Assembly (NCBI GenBank): GCA_963835575.1
Contig: CAWIGG010000003.1
Span: 1 to 64,000 of the forward strand
DNA: 64,000 nt
Source of the DNA: an uncultured Spirochaetota bacterium
Lineage (GTDB): Bacteria > Spirochaetota > Brevinematia > Brevinematales > JAOACQ01
Reading direction: 5' to 3'
The translations under genes and the position numbers were made by a program. Each line of letters opens with the position of its first letter. Positions within the stretch are counted from its first letter, which is position 1. Under the pieces are notes generated by a model, which made no database searches, was not told the origin of the DNA, and worked only from the letters and a program-made list of their open reading frames with translations. This document shows positions 1-7,801 of the stretch, in pieces.

Positions 1-299
1 ACGGTATTCCCGGACAGGGCTTTGAAGATGACATTCACCCGGCAAGCTTCCTCAATCCTGCGTGATGTAGTAATACCTTTCGAATAGGCAAAAAGGATTA
101 TTTTCAGAAGAATTGCCGGAGAAATCGCTTTCGAGCCTGTTTTATCATTTTTATAATTTGCATCAAAACAGGAAAGGTCAGCCTTTTCCTCGATTAGGAA
201 ATTGAGTGTGTGTTCATATGTTCCTTCGATCAGCTGATCTGAAAAACTGAGCGGTATCATTTCCATCTGCTCATAATTAACTGTCTTGTATCTTGCCAT
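1..299 (-). CDS. IS1182-family transposase, N-terminal part
   Basis: Manual translation MARYKTVNYEQMEMIPLSFSDQLIEGTYEHTLNFLI...PAILLKIILFAYSKGITTSRRIE, homologous to the 1785..3278 transposase. Confidence 0.9.
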   Translation of the reverse strand, partial: MARYKTVNYEQMEMIPLSFSDQLIEGTYEHTLNFLIEEKADLSCFDANYKNDKTGSKAISPAILLKIILFAYSKGITTSRRIEEACRVNVIFKALSGNT

Positions 300-387
300 A
301 TAACCTTCCGCTATTGATTTATTTCATTCATTATTTTAAGCTATATCGATAATAATTTACATTAAATATCACTTTTTCGACAGACTC
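1..387 (-). mobile_element. IS1182-family element #1 (left part only; runs off the window)
   Basis: Terminal ...TTTTTCGACAGACTC ends at 387, resembling the IRs of the IS at 5073-6751; followed by AAC and an attC-like site. Confidence 0.85.
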
Positions 388-551
388 AACAGCGGCTAAA
401 ACGCTGCGGTGCTCGGCGTTGCGACGCCTGCGCTCCTCGTCCGGCGGGAAGTAGGACGAAGAAGAAGACGCCGGACTCACCACATTTGCTCGCTAAGAAA
501 ACGTAAACGTTTTCTAAAGCTCGCAAACGTCGCCAACTCGTACCGTTGTGC
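384..551 (+). repeat. attC-like recombination site 1
   Basis: Begins ACTCAAC, ends GTTGTGC (545-551); GC-rich internal hairpins; shares CTCACCACATTTGC...GCAAACGTCG with site 2. Confidence 0.75.
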
Positions 552-788
552 GAAATAAACCAGGCAAAAATTAATTTTAGGCGCGCGCGAAAGGAGATAA
601 TTCGAAGTATCTGGAACAGCAACCAATCGCAATAAGGCTTCTGATAACGATAACTGAGAGTGAGAGGTGAAAAAATGCAAACAGAATAAAACCATTTTTA
701 TATTAGGTGCAGGGGCAAGGATTAATGCTTGAATCTTCATTCAAGATTCGGCAGTCACGGTGTACTGTTTGATTGGCAGGAGGGAATC

Positions 789-1520
789 ATGACAAATAGC
801 GTACTGAAATCCAAACCGGATTATGGTTTTGATGGTTCGCCTTTCGGCGTCACCATTGTTTGTTTTGCGGGAGTAGTTTGTTTTGGTGGGGGAGTTGCTT
901 TAATCACTTTTCCCAGTCTCAGCCTGAAGATTGTGGCCTTTGTTCTTATGCTTTGCGGTTTGTTAATGGTTCTTGTTTGTGGTTCATATCTTTATTACAT
1001 TAAGCTCGGCAAACTACACCGCAGGGACAAGATGATTTCCATGATTGATTGGAAAGGAAATGAAAAAGTCCTTGATATCGGCACTGGACGGGGACTTTTA
1101 ATGATTGGTGCTGCCAAAAAATTGACTCTGGGAAAGAGCATCGGCATTGATATTTGGAATTCGGAAGATATGCACAGCAATACTTATCAAAATACCATGA
1201 GAAATGCCGAGCTTGAGGGGGTCCTTGAAAAAGTTGAAGTAAGAAATGAGGATGTGCGAAGCATGTCCTTTCCCAATGATACCTTTGACGTGGTTCTTTC
1301 CAACCTTTGTATCCACAACATCCCTACCAAAGATGGACGAGAGAAAGCCTGCCGGGAAATAGCGAGAGTCTTGAAACCGAATGGAACAGCGATCATTACC
1401 GACAAATCACACACAAAAAAATACGGTGAAATTTTCGCAATGGAAGGGTTAACAGTGGAGTTTTTTCGTCCTTCTTTTGACGGTTCACTCCGCGGGATTG
1501 TAAAGGCGGTCAAAAAGTGA
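789..1520 (+). CDS. Class I SAM-dependent methyltransferase with N-terminal TM helices (cassette 1)
   Basis: VLDIGTGRG motif I, FDVVLSNLCIHN; ATG at 789 after GGAGGG. Confidence 0.88.
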   Translation: MTNSVLKSKPDYGFDGSPFGVTIVCFAGVVCFGGGVALITFPSLSLKIVAFVLMLCGLLMVLVCGSYLYYIKLGKLHRRDKMISMIDWKGNEKVLDIGTGRGLLMIGAAKKLTLGKSIGIDIWNSEDMHSNTYQNTMRNAELEGVLEKVEVRNEDVRSMSFPNDTFDVVLSNLCIHNIPTKDGREKACREIARVLKPNGTAIITDKSHTKKYGEIFAMEGLTVEFFRPSFDGSLRGIVKAVKK

Positions 1521-1651
1521 AGCTTATATTTGATACAAAACTCTTCAAAACTATTGGGGATTGGTGATTTTTGCAATAGGAGAATATTAAAGAAATGCGC
1601 GCGCAAGAAATTGATATATAATAGTAGTTTGCCTGGTTTACTTCGCACAAC

Positions 1652-3368
1652 GAATCTGTAGAATAACCCAATATTGAGAAAAAACCGTCTTCTTTAAACG
1701 TCTGAGAAATTGTTTTTCAGGCCTAGTATTTTTCAAAAGTATATTCTATGGCATTTTATGCTCGCAGCTCTTTTTTATGATTCCTTATATCCCTCCGAAT
1801 ACCTGGATTTTCCCGATATTGTGTACTATGTTAAATAATACCCACTGTATATTGACTTTACTTTTACCCCTGAGCGTAAACCTGTCCATACCTTTGCAAT
1901 GAGTTGTGTTTGAAAAGACCGGCTCCACAATCCCCATCCGCCTGCTGTATAAATCCCTGCCTTCAGGTGTGTCGATGAATTTTTTCATTTCATCCGAATA
2001 ATTCCTATTGTCCGCGTATAGCGGTTTTTGCAGTGTCCTGTATTTAGTGTTTTCCTTTTTCAGGCAATCCTTACGGAACGGGCAATCCCGGCAGACCGAA
2101 AGCCGGCCGATATATTTAGCATAGGTTATGTTTTTCATCTTGAACACATGGCGGAAGCGCAGTTCCTGATTATTCCTGCAGATATAAACATCGCGGCCGG
2201 CATCGTAACGAAAATCTTCTATGGTATATTTCCCTTTCTTTTCCGGTTTAAACCGGTCTCTCTCCGCAAAACGGACATCCCGTTTGCGGAACTGCTGGTC
2301 CGGAATGACGCTCCGGATTCCCGCTCCGGCAAGGTATTTTAAGTTGGCCTCGCTGAAATAGTTGGTGTCAGCCGCAAGCGGTTTTCCTTTTATTGACAAT
2401 CCGGCTTTCTTCAATAGTATATTTGTCTTCCTCGTCATCAGCTTCAGGAATTCCCCCTCCTGATTATTGCCGAACGCTTCCGGATAGACTACAACCTGAC
2501 ATTTTTCGTCGACGACAGCCAGATCGTCATACCCCTGTATCACTCCGTGTGAACTTTTTATTTTCGCGCTTTCATTGTCGGTAATATTCGACTGGACCTC
2601 ATTGTATCGCTTGCCGGGACAAGGTTTTTCCTTTTCAAGAAACCGGCCGATCTTAGCAATCTTTTTCTCGATCTTTTCAACTTGTTTTTGCTCTTTTTCT
2701 TTCCGCAGAGGCAGCCCATTGTCCAATGAATCATTCCGTTTATGCTTCTCAAGAAGCTCTTCCAGATGCGTCTGAAGTTTTTCTTTCTTCTTCTTTAAAT
2801 CCTTGAAAGTCCCGCTCCATTCTTTAGACGCGTTGGATGGAAGCTTGCATCCGTCCAGGGCGAACATACTCCCGCTGATAAGACCCAGTTCCATACAGAC
2901 CATGAGTAGATTGACAAATAGCGGAAGGATTTCATCTTTCATGGATGACACAAAATCCGCTATAGTTGTAAAATCGGGGATTGTGTTGGCAGAAAGGGCT
3001 TTTACGGTAATATTTGTCTCGCAGGCATATTCTATTTCACGGGAAGATATGAGACCGTTCCGGTAACAGTAGAGGATAACTTTCAGCAATACGGCAGGAT
3101 TGTAAGCCGAGGCTCCTGTCTCATCGTTATGATAGCGTTGATTAAATATGGAAAGATCCAGCTTATGATCGACAATATAATTCAACGTATATTCAAAAGT
3201 ACCAGTAAGTATCTGGTCGTCGAAAGCGACAGGTATAAGCTCCATCTGTTCATAGTTGACCTTTTTAAATCTCGGCATTTTTTTTCTCCCGGAATTGAAA
3301 TATTTGACCATTAATTATAAAGTATATAGGTAGATTAAACCATGATGACATGCTTTTTCTACAGATTC
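1652..3368 (-). mobile_element. IS1182-family element #2 inserted in attC site 2
   Basis: Perfect 12-bp IRs GAATCTGTAGAA/TTCTACAGATTC; AAC duplicated at 1649-1651 and 3369-3371. Confidence 0.92.
1785..3278 (-). CDS. IS1182-family DDE transposase
   Basis: DUF772-like N-terminus (AYNPAVLLKVILY), ALDGCK, ADTNY, Cys cluster, RMGIVEPVF; likely start MPRF at 3278. Confidence 0.93.
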   Translation of the reverse strand: MPRFKKVNYEQMELIPVAFDDQILTGTFEYTLNYIVDHKLDLSIFNQRYHNDETGASAYNPAVLLKVILYCYRNGLISSREIEYACETNITVKALSANTIPDFTTIADFVSSMKDEILPLFVNLLMVCMELGLISGSMFALDGCKLPSNASKEWSGTFKDLKKKKEKLQTHLEELLEKHKRNDSLDNGLPLRKEKEQKQVEKIEKKIAKIGRFLEKEKPCPGKRYNEVQSNITDNESAKIKSSHGVIQGYDDLAVVDEKCQVVVYPEAFGNNQEGEFLKLMTRKTNILLKKAGLSIKGKPLAADTNYFSEANLKYLAGAGIRSVIPDQQFRKRDVRFAERDRFKPEKKGKYTIEDFRYDAGRDVYICRNNQELRFRHVFKMKNITYAKYIGRLSVCRDCPFRKDCLKKENTKYRTLQKPLYADNRNYSDEMKKFIDTPEGRDLYSRRMGIVEPVFSNTTHCKGMDRFTLRGKSKVNIQWVLFNIVHNIGKIQVFGGI

Positions 3369-3540
3369 AACAGCGCGTAGACGCTCCGCTCCGTGCTCGC
3401 AAGTTGCGCGCGAGGCTCGGTCTCACCTTTTGTCGGGTAGGTCGGAGAAGAATGACAAAAGGTTCACCACATTTGCAAGCCTAAGAGCGGCAAGCCTGAC
3501 TCTAAGGCTTGCAAACGTCGTTTGTCCGCAACCGTTAGGC
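3365..3540 (+). repeat. attC-like site 2 (original R'' GCACAAC at 1645-1651 separated by the IS)
   Basis: ATTCAAC...GTTAGGC (3534-3540); internal sequence similar to sites 1 and 3. Confidence 0.8.
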
Positions 3541-3581
3541 GAAACGGACTGCCGGCTTTTAATTTATAAATAAGAAATAGC

Positions 3582-3610
3582 TTGACATATAGCATTATTA
3601 TTAGTACTAT
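3582..3610 (+). promoter_or_regulatory. sigma70 promoter of TA cassette 2 with overlapping near-palindromic operator
   Basis: TTGACA-N17-TACTAT; AGTACTATATATAATACT overlaps the -10 box. Confidence 0.75.
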
Positions 3611-3640
3611 ATATAATACTATTAATAAGGAGGTAATTTT

Positions 3641-3898
3641 ATGGTCCATACTATTACAGCGAATGATCTTAAAACAAAAGGGGTAAATGCTATCGATGAA
3701 GCAACACATGAAGGAAGCGAAGCATTTATTTCAATTCGTGGTAAAAATAAATTTGTCGTGTTATCTCTTGATAAATATAACTACTTAAGAGAATGCGAAT
3801 TGGAAGCCGCATTATTTGAAGCAAGGAATGATATAAAAAATGATAAATTTTTTATAGAATCCGTTGATGAACATATCAAGAGAATTAAAAATGCCTAA
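3641..3898 (+). CDS. Phd/YefM-family antitoxin
   Basis: TITANDLK...ISIRGKNKFVVLSLDKY pattern; strong RBS; overlaps toxin gene. Confidence 0.85.
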   Translation: MVHTITANDLKTKGVNAIDEATHEGSEAFISIRGKNKFVVLSLDKYNYLRECELEAALFEARNDIKNDKFFIESVDEHIKRIKNA

Positions 3899-4163
3899 GA
3901 TTATTTATACTGAAAGTTATAATAAAAGAGCTTCAAAATTCATAAAAAAACATCCTGAGCTAATAGGACAATATGAAAAAACATTAAAATTAATGGAAAT
4001 TGATCCAAAACATCCATCACTTAGATTACATAAGCTAAAAGGAAAATTATCTGAATTATATTCAATTTCTATAAGTATTTCTTATCGGATCACAATTGAT
4101 TTTATAATAGAGAACGACATCATTATTCCGATTGATGTTGGATCTCACGACGATGTGTATTAA
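3891..4163 (+). CDS. RelE/ParE-superfamily toxin (YafQ/HigB-like)
   Basis: HPSLRLHKLKG...SISISYRI...DVGSHDDVY. Confidence 0.87.
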   Translation: MPKIIYTESYNKRASKFIKKHPELIGQYEKTLKLMEIDPKHPSLRLHKLKGKLSELYSISISISYRITIDFIIENDIIIPIDVGSHDDVY

Positions 4164-4183
4164 TTAAATCGGCAGTCCGCATC

Positions 4184-4353
4184 GTCCAACACGGCGTTTG
4201 CGCTGCGGTGCGTGCTCGTAAACTGCGCGCGCTCCTCGGTCTCACCAGCTGCCGCAGGTAGGCCGGAAGAAGCGCAACGCAGGGCTCACCAAACCGGCTC
4301 GGCAAGAGCGAAGCTCTAAGCCTCGCCGGCTTCGCAAACGCCGACCGTTAGGC
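4184..4353 (+). repeat. attC-like site 3 (intact, no IS)
   Basis: R'' GTCCAAC, perfect 11-bp arms CGGCGTTTGCG/CGCAAACGCCG, R' GTTAGGC (4347-4353). Confidence 0.85.
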
Positions 4354-4395
4354 GAAACGGACGGCCACAGCTTTTGTTAAACCCCCAAAATACTA

Positions 4396-4440
4396 TTGAC
4401 AAGTTATATAATAACACATATAATTATACTATAATAGTAT
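4396..4440 (+). promoter_or_regulatory. Consensus sigma70 promoter and probable operator of TA cassette 3
   Basis: TTGACA-N17-TATAAT, then near-palindrome ATACTATAATAGTAT. Confidence 0.8.
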
Positions 4441-4458
4441 GAGAGGTTTAAAAATATT

Positions 4459-4743
4459 ATGTTAGTTGATACAGAAAGAATGATTCCTATCACTAAACTT
4501 CAAAAAGAATTAACTCAAAGGATCAGAGAAATTTCAAATGATGGAAATCCATTATATGTTCTAAAAAATAATGAAATGGAAGCTGTGATTTTATCTCCTT
4601 CAGATTATGAATATCTAATGACTTTGAATGACCTTATTGAATATTATGAAATCGATAATGTTATCAAAAAAAGAATGAAAAATTATAATCGGTCTAAAAA
4701 TATTAAATGGGAAGATTTAAAAAATCATGAATCATCAAATTGA
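4459..4743 (+). CDS. Phd/YefM-family antitoxin
   Basis: MIPITKLQ...PLYVLKNNEMEAVILSPSDYE. Confidence 0.87.
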   Translation: MLVDTERMIPITKLQKELTQRIREISNDGNPLYVLKNNEMEAVILSPSDYEYLMTLNDLIEYYEIDNVIKKRMKNYNRSKNIKWEDLKNHESSN

Positions 4744-5038
4744 ATTCATACTTGAAGCTTCTGAAGATTATAAGAGTCTAGATGGAAGTGTAAAAAAGAA
4801 AGTCAACAAAAAACTTGATGACTTATCAGATAATCCATTTCTAGGTGAGCATTTAGGAAATAAATTCAATATTGATTTAACCGGATTTTATAAAATATAT
4901 GTTGATAATAAAAAAATAAGAATTGTTTATCGTTTAATTGATGAAGAGATTGAAATTATTGAAATTTGGGGAATTGGTAAAAGAGACAAAGAAGAAATTT
5001 ATAAATTAATTGGTCAAAGGTTAAACAAGAGGAAATAG
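4727..5038 (+). CDS. RelE/StbE-family toxin
   Basis: EASEDYKSLDGSV...NPFLGEHL...KIRIVY...IWGIGKR. Confidence 0.88.
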   Translation: MNHQIEFILEASEDYKSLDGSVKKKVNKKLDDLSDNPFLGEHLGNKFNIDLTGFYKIYVDNKKIRIVYRLIDEEIEIIEIWGIGKRDKEEIYKLIGQRLNKRK

Positions 5039-5072
5039 TTAAATATGTGGCCGTCCGCATCGCCTAACAGCG

Positions 5073-6751
5073 GAGTCTGTCGCAAAAGCTGCCGAATGAA
5101 TCAGCGATGTCATATTGAAAATGGCTTATTTAATAATTTTATAACTTTCTCGGGTAATATGATCATTCAGTCCGGATTTTAACTGTATCTCCTGCCCCTA
5201 ATCCTACAATTTAATCCCCAAAGCCGCCATTTTCCTGAAATTGTACGCAATGCAGACCATATGCCAGATAGTGTTTACACTATCCAGACCGCGGTAGTAA
5301 AACCTTCCGAAGTTGAAGTATTCTTTTATCGTCCCGAAAATGTGCTCGATCAGGCAGGCACGCTCATTGTAAGTTCTTTTACCTTCAATACTCCTAAGCT
5401 TTTCCTTCATCTTGCGCCTTAATTCAACCGTTTCAAAATATTCATACTTTACATTAAACCGTTTGTTTTTTAATGCTTCCAGCTTACCGGCGCAATTTGA
5501 AAGCAGCTTGCACTTCCTGCACAACTCACGCTTTGGATAGAAACGGTAATTCTTGACTCCCCGATCATTATAAGCTCTTTCCGCGCACATAATCTGGCCT
5601 CCGGGGCATTTGATTTTCCTGATATTACCGTCAATTATTAATTCACAGTCTTTGGATGTTATTTTATCCTTGTTCTTTCTCTTTTTCGGACTTCCGTCTT
5701 CTTCTTTTCCTTCGGGGATATAAAGGTCGATCTTTTTATCTTCACCGTATTGGATATTATCCGATGTGAAATATCCGGCGTCCAGCGTGAACTTTGTGTC
5801 TTCCTTCGGCTCTTCCTGGTGATCCATTACTTCCTCTATCATCGGGACAGCAAGGTTACGGTCGCTTGCGCAGTCTGATACCATCGCGCCGGTCAGAAAT
5901 TCATTTTTACTGTCAACGGCGGCCTGGCAATTATACCCGGGGCCGATTGATCCGTTATTCATTTTCATTAACCTGGCGTCTTTGTCTGTCAGGTTTACGC
6001 TTTCCGTTTCGTCTAAATTCCTGTCCTCAACTGTTTTCAGAAATTTGTCTATCCCGGATTTCTGCTGTTGAAACTTCTTGAGTTTATTTGCCATCCTTTT
6101 TGAATATTTATCATCGGTATTGCTGTTCACCGTTTCCTGGAGGATTTTTAAGATCTTTTCCTCGATTTTATCCTTTTTATCCCGGAATTCCTTCGCATTC
6201 CCCGTGAAATTCCTGTTGGCCGATGCCTTTATCTTTGTACCGTCTATAGCTTCCAGTTCATAACTGATAAAACCCGATTTCGCCAGAATGTATACCATTT
6301 TCCCGAAAATACTAACGATTTCATCCAGGTATTTATTGATAAATCTACAGATATTACTGTGGTCAACGGTGGTATTTCCCGCGAGATAAATCGTGTTCAG
6401 GTCGTTTTTCATCCTTTTTTCTATTTTACGTGAAGTGTAAATACCGGACGCGAAGCTGTAAAAAAGGACTTTCAGCATCATTGTAGGGTTGACCGCTTTT
6501 GCTCCCGTTGTTTGATTCCGCAGTTTAACGGCAAATTCAGCGGGGGAAATATAGCTCTCAACATAATCGTCAATGACTTTGACCAGCAGATTGTTTTCCC
6601 TGATTTTGTCGGGATCGACGGTCAGCCAGTAGATTTGATCGCGAATATATTTTTTGAATTTCCCCAGCATTTGACACCTCTTAAATATGGTTTTATTATA
6701 TTCTATCGTAAGTTATGAAAAATGTACATGAAGAGCTTTTGCGACAGACTC
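5073..6751 (-). mobile_element. IS1182-family element #3 inserted in attC site 4
   Basis: Perfect 18-bp IRs GAGTCTGTCGCAAAAGCT/AGCTTTTGCGACAGACTC; 4-bp duplication AGCG (5069-5072, 6752-6755). Confidence 0.93.
5204..6670 (-). CDS. IS1182-family DDE transposase
   Basis: AIDGTKIKASA, NLTDKDAR, GYNCQ, LDAGY, IEHIFGTIK. Confidence 0.94.
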   Translation of the reverse strand: MLGKFKKYIRDQIYWLTVDPDKIRENNLLVKVIDDYVESYISPAEFAVKLRNQTTGAKAVNPTMMLKVLFYSFASGIYTSRKIEKRMKNDLNTIYLAGNTTVDHSNICRFINKYLDEIVSIFGKMVYILAKSGFISYELEAIDGTKIKASANRNFTGNAKEFRDKKDKIEEKILKILQETVNSNTDDKYSKRMANKLKKFQQQKSGIDKFLKTVEDRNLDETESVNLTDKDARLMKMNNGSIGPGYNCQAAVDSKNEFLTGAMVSDCASDRNLAVPMIEEVMDHQEEPKEDTKFTLDAGYFTSDNIQYGEDKKIDLYIPEGKEEDGSPKKRKNKDKITSKDCELIIDGNIRKIKCPGGQIMCAERAYNDRGVKNYRFYPKRELCRKCKLLSNCAGKLEALKNKRFNVKYEYFETVELRRKMKEKLRSIEGKRTYNERACLIEHIFGTIKEYFNFGRFYYRGLDSVNTIWHMVCIAYNFRKMAALGIKL

Positions 6752-6941
6752 AGCGGGCAAACGTTCCGCTCCTCGGCTGCTGCGGCAGCCTGCGGTGCTC
6801 AGGATCGCCCGGCCGCCTACAGATCGACTTCGCCGTTGATCTGCCTGTAAGTTTTCAGGCCCGGCCTCCGCATATCTGCACAATTAACATTAAGTAAGAT
6901 GTGAAATCAGATATTTATTATAGTTTTTATGGGGGTTTCAA

Positions 6942-7367
6942 ATGAAAGAAATACTCAAAATAATACCCATTGTGTTATATTTGATTATTGGCTTAATCAG
7001 TTTAGTTATGGCATATAAAAATTTATTTTCCGATAAATTTTTACCCTTTCATGAAAAAGCTGTTGACAAACCATGGAATAAAATTGAAAATCCGCTAAAA
7101 CTTGTAATCCTGTCATTTATGAGGCTTACCGGTCTTGGATTTCTCATTTTATCAATTTTATTGATAGTTTGTCCAATTGTTAATTTTTTTAATCCAAACA
7201 CATTCTACAAATTTGCGATTCCTGCCATCGCTTTGATATTTTGTACTGGACTTTTTATTAATAATTTTTTATTATACAAAAAAACAAAAGCGGACACACC
7301 CTGGAAAGGGTCTCTTTATGCAATATTTATCATCATAACCGGGATCATTATTTCCATGTTTTATTAA
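6942..7367 (+). CDS. Hypothetical membrane protein (~4 TM)
   Basis: 141-aa hydrophobic ORF with RBS. Confidence 0.75.
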   Translation: MKEILKIIPIVLYLIIGLISLVMAYKNLFSDKFLPFHEKAVDKPWNKIENPLKLVILSFMRLTGLGFLILSILLIVCPIVNFFNPNTFYKFAIPAIALIFCTGLFINNFLLYKKTKADTPWKGSLYAIFIIITGIIISMFY

Positions 7368-7801
7368 ATAATATCAAGCCTCATTAAATCCGGCATTTAG
7401 CGTTTCTCTGAAACCGGTTCAGGAAATTGCCTCAACATTTACCTTTTCTGTACAGCCAAGAGTATACCGGTTCAGGAGAAAATTCATTCAGGATTCGCCA
7501 GGCTTAAACTGAGCCGGACAGAGCTTTCAGTTCGGTTATTGATATTTTTCTTACCTGAAAAGCATTTTTTTATTATATTTATATTGTAATAATCATTTTG
7601 AAAATTTATCTCATCGTTTTTTATGATATCTTTCTTTGTCCATTTTTCATCATTCTATTGTAATATATTTGTTTTTGGTGTAAAATCCTTTACAGGGGAT
7701 TATGGAATATTTCCCATATTTTTGTCTTGATTTAATGCGGGGCACCGGGAGTACCGGCAATTATCATAAGTTTATAATATTACAGCATAATCAGGTGTTT
7801 T

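Larger units (their letters stand above)
5062..6830 (+). repeat. attC-like site 4, split by IS #3 and apparently lacking an R' end
   Basis: GCCTAAC at 5062-5068; continues AGCGGGCAAACGTTCCGCTCCTCGG after 6751; no ACCGTTRRRY terminus seen; right boundary approximate. Confidence 0.6.

Noticed and set aside
386..740. Short minus-strand ORFs over attC sites (also 3464-3709, 4123-4305) and + strand 6715-6897
   Set aside because: Translations of GC-rich attC repeats with no protein-like motifs.
384..6830. CRISPR interpretation of the repeats
   Set aside because: Repeats are ~170 bp, divergent and separated by whole genes; no cas genes.
7400..7560. ACCGGTTCAGGA occurring twice
   Set aside because: Only 12 bp, two copies; no ORF or structure could be supported.
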